Positions 10,023 to 19,492 of a DNA stretch of 64,000 nucleotides are shown here, in pieces. How positions within the stretch are numbered: position 1 is the stretch's first letter; the number at the start of each line of letters is the position of its first letter. The notes under the pieces are model-generated. The model was not told the DNA's origin. It was given only the letters and a program-made list of their open reading frames with translations, and did not search any database. The position numbers and the translations under genes are program-made. Source of the DNA: Alphaproteobacteria bacterium HGW-Alphaproteobacteria-3 (GTDB lineage: Bacteria; Pseudomonadota; Alphaproteobacteria; Parvibaculales; Parvibaculaceae); assembly GCA_002842875.1 (NCBI GenBank), contig PHEF01000007.1, positions 3,671-67,670 on the forward strand, given 5' to 3'.

Positions 10023-11217
10023 CGTCCGCTCCCCAGGAAAGCCTCGTCACAAGATCGGCATAGAGATCGCCATTGCGCCCGGCATCGAAAAGCCTGGTTG
10101 CCACTTCCGGCCCCCTGCCCGCCAGACGCGCCCGCTCGCCGGGATTGTCGCACAGCGCGGCGATTGCCGTAACGAGATTTCCGTAGTCGCCCTGGTTAAC
10201 GGCCCTGCCGCACTCATGCCCCTCCAGGATTTCGCGCACCGAGCAGACATCGAAGGAGACGACCGGCGCGCCGCAGGCAAGCCCCTCGATGACGCAGCGG
10301 GGCAAGCCTTCGCGCTCGGAGGCGAGAACCAGAACATCGCAGGCGCGGTACCAGTCGGCGGAGCGCGCCGTGTAGCCGGCGAAGGACACGGCGCGCCCGC
10401 AGCCGCTCTCCGCGACAGCCCTTTCGCAGGCGGCGGAATAGGCATCCCTGTCCGGCAGGAAGTCGCCCACGAAATGGACATGAACATTCGGCACGCGCTC
10501 CACGATCGGCTCCAGCGCCTCGCGGATGAAAGGAAGCTGCGCCTTCTTCGCCTCTATCCGGCCGACATAGGCGATGGCGATTTCGCTTTCACCGATGCCG
10601 AGCTCCTGCCGAAGCCGGCGCCTCGTCTCGGGCGGGACCGGATGAAACCTCGCCATGTCGACGATGCTGTAGAGAAAGGCGAATTTCGCCCGCTGCCTTT
10701 CCTTGAGGGAAAGGGGCTTCAGCGTCTCGATCCAGGAGTCGACCATCTCCCGCGAAAGGACGAGAAAGAGGTCGCATATCCGCAGCGCGAGGCGCCACAT
10801 GAAATGGAAACGGGCGCCGGGGCGCATCGTGTCGCGCACATTGAGGATCACGTTCGCTCCGGCGAGCTTTGCCCCCAGCGCGGTGTTCCAGAAGGCGCGG
10901 TGATCGTTGCAATGGACGACCCTCACCCCCTGGCGGCGGACAAGCCGCGCCATGCGCCAGTTGTTCGCGAGCCGGCGTCCAATCTGCCCCAGCCGGTAGC
11001 CCGGCCCCCTGCGGCTCTGCGCATGCGCCGCCTCCGTCATGTTCCAGAGCGCGACCTCGCCATGCGCCTCCCAGCGGGCCGAGGCCGGGGTCGCGATGTT
11101 GGTGATCACGAGCTTTTCGAGGCGCGGCGTGTTGAAGAGCAACTCGCTGATGCTCTGTATGCCACCATCGGCGCCACTGCCGATCTGATGGATGACGAAG
11201 ATGATTTTTTGAAACAT
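10006..11217 (-). CDS. Glycosyltransferase family 4 (GT-B)
   Basis: MFQKIIFVIHQIGSGADGG N-terminus and SEREGLPRCVIEGLACGAPVVS motif. Confidence 0.85.
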   Translation of the reverse strand: MFQKIIFVIHQIGSGADGGIQSISELLFNTPRLEKLVITNIATPASARWEAHGEVALWNMTEAAHAQSRRGPGYRLGQIGRRLANNWRMARLVRRQGVRVVHCNDHRAFWNTALGAKLAGANVILNVRDTMRPGARFHFMWRLALRICDLFLVLSREMVDSWIETLKPLSLKERQRAKFAFLYSIVDMARFHPVPPETRRRLRQELGIGESEIAIAYVGRIEAKKAQLPFIREALEPIVERVPNVHVHFVGDFLPDRDAYSAACERAVAESGCGRAVSFAGYTARSADWYRACDVLVLASEREGLPRCVIEGLACGAPVVSFDVCSVREILEGHECGRAVNQGDYGNLVTAIAALCDNPGERARLAGRGPEVATRLFDAGRNGDLYADLVTRLSWGADDVFRH

Positions 11218-11262
11218 GAAAGAGTGGTGTCTGCCGGTGGACGGAAAGGCTCTTTCGGTTTG

Positions 11263-12234
11263 CTAGGACGAACTGGGCTCTCTCGTATTCGGCCCCGCAT
11301 GCATCGCAAGTATCCGGGCAAGGCCGCGCTCAAGGCGAGCCCGCTTTAGCGGCCAGGGAAGAAGTATAATTGCTAAAACTCTCCATCCCCACCCTCTCCA
11401 TCGCCAATCATTCGCATGGCAGAACCATGCCTGCATGTTCGCTACGGCCCCAAGATATGCACCGCGCGACCTTAAATGGCTTTTGTATTTTTCAAGAAGG
11501 AGCAAGCGGTAGCGCAGCTCAGCGCGGCTACCCTTATCAGCACCTTCCGTGAAGTACTGGGTAATGAGGGGCTTATCAACGCTAATGAAATGTGCCCCCC
11601 CTTGAGCAGCCCGAACTGCCAAATCCAATTCTTCGCACCTTCGGAACCGCGGATCGAACCCACCGAACTTACGAAAGGTATTCGTCCGAGCCATCAACGT
11701 ACCGCTTCCAGCCATGCCCCAACAATGATGACCATCATCGTTGACGAGGCCCAAGAAGTGGTCGGCAGCCAACGGACCGCCAGGTTCGGGTGGCACCCGC
11801 CCAATTCCACGACGTTGGCGTATTGGCACTCCGCTATCGCTTGGCACAACGTGACCATTGGAATAGCAAAACACATCGGCGCCAGAATGAGAGGCCTCGT
11901 AGTCGCTTATGCGCCGATACTGTCGCTCTAGCCGCTCCGGGGCGCTTTCATCATCATCGTCGAAAAAGGCCAGGAACTCTCCCCGAGCTTCATCGACAAG
12001 CCGCGCCCGCGCCGCTCCAACGCCACCGTTTTGTCCTGTGCGGATAATCCGGATGCTCGTTTGCTCCGCAGCAAGCTCCCTCAGAACGCTCCACGAACCA
12101 TCGGTCGAGCAGTCATCAACCACAAGGATTTCAACGTTCGGCCAAGTCTGCCGCAAGGCACTGGCCACCGCCCGCCGAATAGTATCTTCGGCGTTGTAGC
12201 AAGTGAGGCCGATGGTGATGAGAGTGTTACTCAT
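11263..12234 (-). CDS. Glycosyltransferase family 2 (GT-A)
   Basis: ITIGLTCYNAEDTI, VVDDCSTDGS and an acidic DxD-type FFDDDDES motif. The gene is lower in GC. Confidence 0.88.
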   Translation of the reverse strand: MSNTLITIGLTCYNAEDTIRRAVASALRQTWPNVEILVVDDCSTDGSWSVLRELAAEQTSIRIIRTGQNGGVGAARARLVDEARGEFLAFFDDDDESAPERLERQYRRISDYEASHSGADVFCYSNGHVVPSDSGVPIRQRRGIGRVPPEPGGPLAADHFLGLVNDDGHHCWGMAGSGTLMARTNTFRKFGGFDPRFRRCEELDLAVRAAQGGAHFISVDKPLITQYFTEGADKGSRAELRYRLLLLEKYKSHLRSRGAYLGAVANMQAWFCHANDWRWRGWGWRVLAIILLPWPLKRARLERGLARILAMHAGPNTREPSSS

Positions 12235-13175
12235 GCGTTCCGCGTTTTCAGAAAAGCGATGTTGTCGTGGCTCTCGCGCATTCGTGACAGCTCCTCCAGT
12301 GTGGTGGCTTTCAGCCCCATCTGCTCTATCACGAATGGAGTGTAACCAAACGACTCTAGAAAAATGATGGCATTCCTTGAATATTCAAACTGCTCCCCCC
12401 CCCAAACTTCGGTGACAATCTCCGGACAATGCCTCCGGAGTGTATCTTCCATCCCACGAAGCACGTCATGCTCGCTTCCTTCAACATCGATTTTTACGTG
12501 CGTCGGAACTCGCCGCGTCTGCTCCACGTACCCATCTATAGTCATAGTCCGCATCGCGGACTTGCTGATGGACATACCTTGTGCCGTCAGCTGCTTTGCT
12601 ATCTCAGTTTTAGCTGTAGACCTCCCCTCGTTGCCTTGTACAAGGTAAAAGTCAGCAGCCCCTCCTTCGTCGTCGGTTATCAGAGCATTGACGATGTCTG
12701 TTCCCCTTGCGGGAAAATTCATCTTGAGAATTTCATATAGCTTCTCATTGGCCTCAAAAGCTGAGACGCGCGCGCCAGACACCTCCCCAATCGCGGTGAA
12801 ATACCCAAAATTTGCGCCTATATCAAAGAAGACGGAGGTTTCATTCAGTGTCCGAACGTAGTGCCTAGCGAGGCGAATTTCACAATCCGGACCTTCCACG
12901 CCGAACCTGCTTATCTCGTGCGTCCGTTTGTCCCTAAATGGCAAGATCAGCTTGTGTCCAGTGAAGACAGTCGCCGTTACCCACCGTATTGGCAGCCAAG
13001 GCGCGACCCGATAGGCGAGACGCCACAGATGTGGAGAGCCTACCTCCAGAAAACTGAGAAGCATCCTCTTCACGCGCACTTTTTCATCGCGCTGATTTTT
13101 AGAAACTCGCTCTCGCCTTTGAACCGAAGCCTCAAATCGCGAGCAAACATCGTGGCGCATCGTCAATCTCCCCAA
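12231..13175 (-). CDS. FkbM-family SAM-dependent methyltransferase
   Basis: FFDIGANFGYFT SAM-binding motif typical of FkbM-type sugar O-methyltransferases. The exact start is uncertain (several in-frame Met). It contains the G9 tract at 12395..12403. Confidence 0.7.
   Translation of the reverse strand: MGRLTMRHDVCSRFEASVQRRERVSKNQRDEKVRVKRMLLSFLEVGSPHLWRLAYRVAPWLPIRWVTATVFTGHKLILPFRDKRTHEISRFGVEGPDCEIRLARHYVRTLNETSVFFDIGANFGYFTAIGEVSGARVSAFEANEKLYEILKMNFPARGTDIVNALITDDEGGAADFYLVQGNEGRSTAKTEIAKQLTAQGMSISKSAMRTMTIDGYVEQTRRVPTHVKIDVEGSEHDVLRGMEDTLRRHCPEIVTEVWGGEQFEYSRNAIIFLESFGYTPFVIEQMGLKATTLEELSRMRESHDNIAFLKTRNA
12395..12403 (-). repeat. Homopolymeric G9 (C9 on the + strand) tract inside the FkbM methyltransferase coding sequence
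   Basis: The + strand reads tgctCCCCCCCCCaaac. On the coding strand this is gaa gtt tgG GGG GGG Gag, encoding EVWGGE. Confidence 0.9.
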
Positions 13176-14695
13176 TAGCTCCTAAAACGCGCAGAAAGAG
13201 ATCCCGATAGTCGCCGCAGAAATTCTATCCCAATTGGCGGCAATACGAGTTCCGGCCAGATTCTTAGCAGCGCTAACGTTAGCGCGAGCACGCCTACAAG
13301 ACTTGTTGCCAAGCTCGCGTATCCGGAAAGGCCGCTCGATTTCACGAAAGCGGTCGTGATCAGCAGCACGGAAGAAAACAACGCAGGGCGCGCATGGAGC
13401 GCTGCCAGACTTTTCATCGACACTCCGATCTCCTTCCTAACCATTATGAGCAGGACAATAAAGACTGAGCCCACAACGGCGAGAACAGCGACGCAAACCG
13501 CAGCAAGCCCATGTGGCGCTGCAATCGCGACCCCAAGAAACAGAAGAGATGCGTGAAGCGCGTGGGTCACCACCGCCAGATGCAGCTTACCCCGCGCTTG
13601 AAACAGCACGAATAGAGCGCGTGTTCCGAGTCGGACATAGAGAATAGGCATTAGAATGGCAAAAGGGAGCACCGCAGCGCCCCACTGCGGGCCAAGCAAG
13701 ATGCCAATTATTTCGTTGGCGAAGACGATAGAGAACACGATTGTCGGCAGTGTTATGGCTGCGATCAGAGAAAGCGATACCAGCAGCGCATTACCCAACC
13801 TCGCCTTGTCGTCCTGCACCAACGCCATCGCGGGAAAGGTCGTCAGACGCGTGATGTTGCTAAATAGGTTGGATGCCGTGTTTGTGACGAATGAAGCTCG
13901 ACCGTAAAGACCCAGCGCTTCAGCACCCAGTAGGCGTGCAATCAGAAATTTGTCCGCATTAGTAGCGGCGAACACGAACGGTTGATTGATCGAGAACCAC
14001 AGGCTCGTCGGCCAGAGATCTCTGAATGCCTTTCCCGAGAGCGCTGGACGGACAAGGTATCGTCGGGCGGCAATGCCAAGAACAACAACGCTGATGACTA
14101 TTTCGGCCGCTTGCATGGACACGAGAGACCAGTAGCCGAATCCTGCATATGCCATAGGGATCGCGACGGCAAATGCAGCAACAATGACGGAAAGAAGGGG
14201 GCGCAACGCGACACTTCTTACCTCCATGTTCCGGGCAAGAAGCGCCTCTGCCGTCGTGTTGAACGCGCCAAACGGCGTAAGCAAGGCAAAGACACGGAGA
14301 ACATCAGCAAGCTCCGGAATACGCATCAGGGACGCAGCCCACGGTGCCACCACCCACATGCCTGCTGCCGCAAGTATTGCCAGAGCAAGCGAGGAAAACA
14401 AAGCTGTTGCCACGTGCGCAGGCATTATCTCTTTGCGCTGAATCAACGTTGGCGCAAGCCCAAGCGTGTAGATCATTGCGGCAAGATCCATCGCCACCAA
14501 GGCGCCGGCGACGATACCGTACTCCTGCGGGGTCAATAGCCGTGCGAGAACCCCCACAGAAATAACGCGCAAACCGAGGCGTACGGCTGACGCTCCGCCG
14601 ACCCAAGCTGCCCCTTTAAGGGTGCGTTGCGTAAGATCACGGGTTGAGAAACGTGGAGACATCAAGATCAGCCGTAACGATGCCAAGTCAGCCAA
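13163..14695 (-). CDS. Wzx-type polysaccharide flippase (MOP superfamily polysaccharide biosynthesis protein)
   Basis: 510 aa with about 12-14 hydrophobic helices. It is the first gene of the minus-strand operon, downstream of an AT-rich divergent promoter region. Confidence 0.8.
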   Translation of the reverse strand: MADLASLRLILMSPRFSTRDLTQRTLKGAAWVGGASAVRLGLRVISVGVLARLLTPQEYGIVAGALVAMDLAAMIYTLGLAPTLIQRKEIMPAHVATALFSSLALAILAAAGMWVVAPWAASLMRIPELADVLRVFALLTPFGAFNTTAEALLARNMEVRSVALRPLLSVIVAAFAVAIPMAYAGFGYWSLVSMQAAEIVISVVVLGIAARRYLVRPALSGKAFRDLWPTSLWFSINQPFVFAATNADKFLIARLLGAEALGLYGRASFVTNTASNLFSNITRLTTFPAMALVQDDKARLGNALLVSLSLIAAITLPTIVFSIVFANEIIGILLGPQWGAAVLPFAILMPILYVRLGTRALFVLFQARGKLHLAVVTHALHASLLFLGVAIAAPHGLAAVCVAVLAVVGSVFIVLLIMVRKEIGVSMKSLAALHARPALFSSVLLITTAFVKSSGLSGYASLATSLVGVLALTLALLRIWPELVLPPIGIEFLRRLSGSLSARFRSYWGD

Positions 14696-14950
14696 AACAA
14701 AGTGCTACCCTAGCTATCATCTTAAACCTTTTTCCTTAACTTATTATTCTGCATCAAGCTACGGAGACTCTCGAACCCGATGATAGAGAAATTATCTCTG
14801 AGTTTTTTTGTGACACTGCCCCTCCTTTGGGAGCGAAGCCTTACCTGAATAAGAGTCTGCGAAAGATTGGCGGATAGTCAGCCGCAATGGCTAACCACGG
14901 CGAAGACTGATATCCGTTGTGAGACGGCGACAAAGCAACTCGAGGACTAG

Positions 14951-16384
14951 GTGAGCAAGGAATCGGCCCCCGCCGGTACGGGAAGAGCAACTGGAGTGGA
15001 GGGCGCTCTTTTCGGCGCCCTCATCGCCGCCGTCGCTCTCGCTCCCCTTCCGCTTGGCAGCAACCGGCCCCTACCCGCTGCGATCCTCGCGCTCTGGACG
15101 GGCGGTTTGCTCGTCATATGGGCAGGCTGCGCCGGATGGGGCCTCGCGCGCGTCGCGGTCGCGCCCGCGAAGCTCCGCCTGCCCCTCATCCTGTTCGGCC
15201 TTGCCGCGCTCTGGATTCTCGTGCAGGCCCTGCCGCTGCCCGCGGGCTGGGGAGACCCGATCTGGGGCGTGGCCTCCGAGGCGCTGGGACGGCCGCTCAG
15301 GCAGACGATTTCCGTCAATCCGGAAAAGACGCTTTCGGGCCTGATGCGGCTTCTTTCCTATGCGGCCGTGTTCTGGCTGGCGCTGCAGCTCGCCCGCGAC
15401 GCCCAGCGCGCCCGGATCGCCATTGTCGCCGTCGCCCTTATCGGCACGATCTATGCCCTCTACGGCATCGCCGTCTACACGGCCGGCAACGAGTGGATCC
15501 TGCTCTACGACAAATGGGCCTACAAATTCACGCTGACGAGCACCTTCGTGAACCGCAATTCCTTCGCGACCTTCGCCGGGCTCTGCCTCATCTGCGCCAC
15601 CGCCTGCTTCGTGGGAAGTTTCAGCCATCTGCTCACCATCGACCGGCCGCTGCGGCACCGGATCGTCATGGTGGCGGAGACGATCTTCAGCAGCTCGCTG
15701 CATCTCACCGTGGCGACGCTGGCGCTGCTGCTGGCGCTGGTCCTGACCGGCTCGCGCGCGGGCGTCGCGAGCAGCATGGCAGGCCTCCTGGTGCTGATGC
15801 TGGCGCTCGCCCGCAGGCGGCGCTTCGGCCTGCGCCATGCCGCCGCCATAGCGGGCCTTGTCGGCATCGTCGTCCTGCTCGCCTTCGCGCTCGGCGGCGG
15901 CCTTCTCGCCGACCGGATATCGGACAGGGACGCGACGGCGACGAACTGGGAAGCGCGCAGCACCGTCTACGAGAGGACCATGGAGGCGATCGGCACCGTG
16001 CCCTGGACCGGGACCGGCTACGGCACCTTCCGCGAGGTCTTCGCGGCCTACAGGCCCGAAAGCCTCGATCTGCGCCGCTACTGGGACAAGGCCCACAACA
16101 CCTATCTCGAGACCATGCTGGAACTCGGCATTCCGGCGGCGCTTCTGCTGAACCTGTCCATCCTGCTTCTCGCGGTCGAGACCCTGCGCGGGCTCTGGCG
16201 GCGGCGGCGCGACCGCACGGCCCCCGCCATCGGCGTGGCCGCGACGGTTCTGGTCGGCCTTCACGCGGTGGTGGATTTCAGCCTGCAGATACCTGCCGTC
16301 GCCATCCTCTACGCCTTCATCATGGGCGTCGCCGTCAGCCAGTCCTTGTCCCAGGAGCGGCGCGGCCAGGCCGGCACCGGTTAG
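14951..16384 (+). CDS. O-antigen ligase / Wzy_C-domain membrane protein (ExoQ-like)
   Basis: 477 aa, polytopic, GTG start. The loop motif YWDKAHNTYLETMLELGIPA is typical of the O-antigen-ligase/Wzy_C family. Confidence 0.75.
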   Translation: MSKESAPAGTGRATGVEGALFGALIAAVALAPLPLGSNRPLPAAILALWTGGLLVIWAGCAGWGLARVAVAPAKLRLPLILFGLAALWILVQALPLPAGWGDPIWGVASEALGRPLRQTISVNPEKTLSGLMRLLSYAAVFWLALQLARDAQRARIAIVAVALIGTIYALYGIAVYTAGNEWILLYDKWAYKFTLTSTFVNRNSFATFAGLCLICATACFVGSFSHLLTIDRPLRHRIVMVAETIFSSSLHLTVATLALLLALVLTGSRAGVASSMAGLLVLMLALARRRRFGLRHAAAIAGLVGIVVLLAFALGGGLLADRISDRDATATNWEARSTVYERTMEAIGTVPWTGTGYGTFREVFAAYRPESLDLRRYWDKAHNTYLETMLELGIPAALLLNLSILLLAVETLRGLWRRRRDRTAPAIGVAATVLVGLHAVVDFSLQIPAVAILYAFIMGVAVSQSLSQERRGQAGTG

Positions 16385-17055
16385 TGCGCCCGGGCGCGTG
16401 CCAGCACATAATCGTTCAGAAAGCGCGCCCGCAGCTCCCTGCCGGGAAACACCTCGTCGAGGAGAATTGCGCGCTCCTTGTATCCAAGCCCGAGATAGAG
16501 ACGGACGAGACGCCCACGAAGCTGGGGCCTAGACCACAACCCGCCGAGATCCCGCCGCGCATCGTGTTTCAGGTCTTCCGGGAGCTCGTCCCAATAGGAA
16601 AGCGCCACCGGCGGGCGCATGAGGACGGAGGAAAGCTCGAACCGGCCGGTGAGCGAGGAAAGACGCAGATGAGGAATGACGGTGCGCGCCTCTGCCCCCT
16701 GCAGCATCGCCGTTCGCGCGAGTTCTGCCCAGATGAAGGTCTCGTTAGGCGCGTGGGCGGCCGCTTGCTTCAGATGTGCAAGCGCAGCATCGAGCGCGGC
16801 GGCCTCACCGTCCCTTGCGGCCCTGAGATCGAGCCGCGCAAGGCCGAGCGCGATGTCGCTGTCCGACGGGTGAACGGCAAGCGCCTGTGTGAAGCGCGCC
16901 CGCGCATCCGCAAGCGCCGCGCTCTCCTCACCCCCATCGGCGCCGACAAGACCATAGGCAATGGTCCTCGGCGCCGCCAGCGCACATAGGAGGAGACCGG
17001 CGGCAAGGCAGACACCGGCGCACAGCCGACGCAGGACTGCCTCCTCAGTTGACAT
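16381..17055 (-). CDS. Hypothetical membrane-anchored protein (Ala/Leu-rich, TPR-like helical repeats?)
   Basis: The likely start, ATG TCA ACT GAG (MSTEE) at 17055, overlaps the BY-kinase stop by 11 nt. It has an N-terminal hydrophobic anchor LCAGVCLAAGLLLCALAA. I recognise no family. Confidence 0.5.
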   Translation of the reverse strand: MSTEEAVLRRLCAGVCLAAGLLLCALAAPRTIAYGLVGADGGEESAALADARARFTQALAVHPSDSDIALGLARLDLRAARDGEAAALDAALAHLKQAAAHAPNETFIWAELARTAMLQGAEARTVIPHLRLSSLTGRFELSSVLMRPPVALSYWDELPEDLKHDARRDLGGLWSRPQLRGRLVRLYLGLGYKERAILLDEVFPGRELRARFLNDYVLARARAH

Positions 17056-19321
17056 AGTACTTGCTGTAGCGGCTGTAGTAGTAGCCGCCATCGCCATAGC
17101 CGTAGCGCGCCTGCTTTGCCGTATCGACGATGGAGAGCACGGCGCCCGCGATCTTCGCATCGAACTGACGGAGCTCTTTGAGGGCGCTCTGCGCCGCATC
17201 GCGCGGGGTCTCGTTCCAGCGCACGACGAAGACGGTCTCGTCCGCCAGCCGCGAAAGAACGCGCGAATCCGACACTGGTAGGACCGGCGCGCTGTCGAGC
17301 ACGACGAGATCGTATTCGTCGCGGAGGCGCTGCAGCAGCAGCTTCATCTGCGCTGAGCCGAGCACGTCCGGCGGATTGGCCGTGCCGGTCGCGACGGGGA
17401 TGATGTCGAGTTCGGATTTACTGTCCTTCACCATGACAGCGCTGAGTTCGAGGCGCTCGGCAAGAAGCTCGACGAGCCCTTCCTCCGGCCGCCCGAGGCC
17501 GAAGGCGCGGTGGACTGAAGGGTGGCGAAGGTCGCAATCGACGAGCGCGACCTTGAGGCCGGAGGCCGCCGCCGCCCGGGCGAAGCTCACTGACGTCGTC
17601 GTCTTGCCTTCGGCGGGCAGCGCCGAAGTGAAAAGGATGATCTTCGGCGGGTTGTCGACATTGGAAAGCTGCAGCGCGCTGCGCAGGCTTCGGAGCGATT
17701 CCGAGAAAGCGGAGAGCGGCTTGGCGATCAGATAGTCCTGCGGCGACATCACCTTGCCGCCGGGGCCCTTCTCGGCGGGCGTCGCTGGCAGCGACACGAG
17801 ATGCGGCAGATGAAGGTTCTGCTCGATGTCGCGCGCGGTCTGGATGCCATTGTCGAAATGCTCGAGCAGGAAGGCGACGCCGCAGCCGAGCATGAGGGAG
17901 AGGACGAAACCGAGGCCGACGAAGAGCGTGGTGCGCGGGTAGGACGCGGCCTGCGGAGCCACCGCCTGCGAGATGATGCGGGTATCGGGCGTCTGCAGGC
18001 CCTGCTGGCCCGTCGTCTCCTTGAAACGGTTGAGGAAGGCCTCGTAGACGGCGCGCGTGGAGGCCGCTTCGCGCTCCAGTTCGCGCAGCTGAATGAGCGC
18101 CTGATTGTCCTCGCCCGTCTCGCCCTTGATCTGGTTCAGATTGTCCCGGAGCGCGGAGACCCGCGTCTCAGCGACGGAGACGTTGTTGGCAAGGCTCTCG
18201 ATGATGCGCGAAACTTCCGCGGAGATCTGGCTGCCGATATCGCCCTGCTGCGCCTCGATATTGACGATGGCGGGATGGCGCGGCCCGTATTTGGCGGACA
18301 GGTTCGCCTTTTCGCGGGCAAGCTCCGCCTGCTTCTGGCGCAGGTTCGAGATGGTGCCGGAGGCCAGCACATCGGCAACGCTTTCGACGCTGCCGCCCTG
18401 GGCGCGGAGCTGGCGCGCGCGGTTGTACTTCGCCTGCGCCTCGGCAAGCGAGGCGCGGGCGAGAATGAGCTGCGCGTTGAGTTCGGAAAGCTGCTGCTCG
18501 GAGACGGTGACGCCCGACGACTCTTCAAGCCCGTGCTCTGAGCGATAGATCGCGACGGCGCGCTCGGCATCGGTCACCTGCGTCCGCAACTCGCCGAGCC
18601 GCCCCGAGAGCCATGTATTGGCCGTCCGCGTCGCATCGAATTTCGCCTCGAGCTGATCGAGAACATAGGCATCGGCAATCGCATTCGCGATCCGGGCCGC
18701 TTTCGCTGGGTCTTCGGAGGTGAAGGAAATTTTGATGATGAAGGTGCTGCCTTTCCGGGCGACACCAGTCCGAGCGAGGACCACATCGACAACGCGCTCC
18801 GTCTGCCGGTCGGCGATCTCGGCTTCGCCGGTTGGCGCCGCCACATTCGACGGAGAAAGGGCGGCCATACCGCGCTTGAGGAGCCAGGACGGCGAGAGCC
18901 AGCGCAGCGGCGAAGGCTCTCGCAGCGCGCTGTTGAGCTCGGGATCGCCGATAAGCGCAAGCTTCTCGACAACCCGGCGGGCAAGATCGCGCGAGCGCAG
19001 GATCTCGACCTCGCTGTCGACCGCCGCCGAGTCGGGCGACAGGCCCGACATCACGGCGTCCATGTCGACGACCTGCATCTTCTGCCGGTCGAGCAGGACC
19101 AGCGTTTCGCTGGTATAGAGCGGCGTCATCTGGGAAACGGTGAGCGCCACCAGCGCCGTGAGCACGACGGTGATGCCGGCAATGATTCCCGCCCGTTTGC
19201 GCAGCGTGCGGACAATCGCAAGCAGATCGAATTCCATGAAGGAATCGTCGGGGGCATCGAGCGACCCGTAGGCACTTCCCCGCGCCGCTGGCGCCGCCGA
19301 GCCCTTGACCGGTGCATTCAT
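17045..19321 (-). CDS. Polysaccharide co-polymerase / tyrosine autokinase (PCP-2a, ExoP/Wzc/GumC family)
   Basis: An N-terminal Wzz-type domain with a TM segment and long coiled-coil. The C-terminal kinase has Walker A SALPAEGKTTTS, A' VALVDCDLRHP and B DLVVLDSAP, plus a Tyr-rich tail GYGDGGYYYSRYSKYYVN. The start is taken at MNAPVKG; the track ORF extends to 19393. Confidence 0.9.
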   Translation of the reverse strand: MNAPVKGSAAPAARGSAYGSLDAPDDSFMEFDLLAIVRTLRKRAGIIAGITVVLTALVALTVSQMTPLYTSETLVLLDRQKMQVVDMDAVMSGLSPDSAAVDSEVEILRSRDLARRVVEKLALIGDPELNSALREPSPLRWLSPSWLLKRGMAALSPSNVAAPTGEAEIADRQTERVVDVVLARTGVARKGSTFIIKISFTSEDPAKAARIANAIADAYVLDQLEAKFDATRTANTWLSGRLGELRTQVTDAERAVAIYRSEHGLEESSGVTVSEQQLSELNAQLILARASLAEAQAKYNRARQLRAQGGSVESVADVLASGTISNLRQKQAELAREKANLSAKYGPRHPAIVNIEAQQGDIGSQISAEVSRIIESLANNVSVAETRVSALRDNLNQIKGETGEDNQALIQLRELEREAASTRAVYEAFLNRFKETTGQQGLQTPDTRIISQAVAPQAASYPRTTLFVGLGFVLSLMLGCGVAFLLEHFDNGIQTARDIEQNLHLPHLVSLPATPAEKGPGGKVMSPQDYLIAKPLSAFSESLRSLRSALQLSNVDNPPKIILFTSALPAEGKTTTSVSFARAAAASGLKVALVDCDLRHPSVHRAFGLGRPEEGLVELLAERLELSAVMVKDSKSELDIIPVATGTANPPDVLGSAQMKLLLQRLRDEYDLVVLDSAPVLPVSDSRVLSRLADETVFVVRWNETPRDAAQSALKELRQFDAKIAGAVLSIVDTAKQARYGYGDGGYYYSRYSKYYVN

Positions 19322-19430
19322 CGTTTGGAACCTCGCCGCACTGCTTGTTGCGCCGCAACTATACATGATCGCAAGCCGCTCACGCCGCCGCAAACCGGGA
19401 AAATTACTTCATGGTTGACGCAATGAAAGA

Positions 19431-19461
19431 GGGCAGGCCAAGACATTCGCCCGGCCTGCCC
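19431..19461 (-). terminator. Probable intrinsic terminator after the beta-barrel gene
   Basis: Minus strand reads GGGCAGGCC-(13 nt)-GGCCUGCCC followed by UCUUUCAUU, 32 nt downstream of the stop at 19493. Confidence 0.5.
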
Positions 19462-19492
19462 CCGTTAATTCCGCTGACGCAAACCGTCGAGA

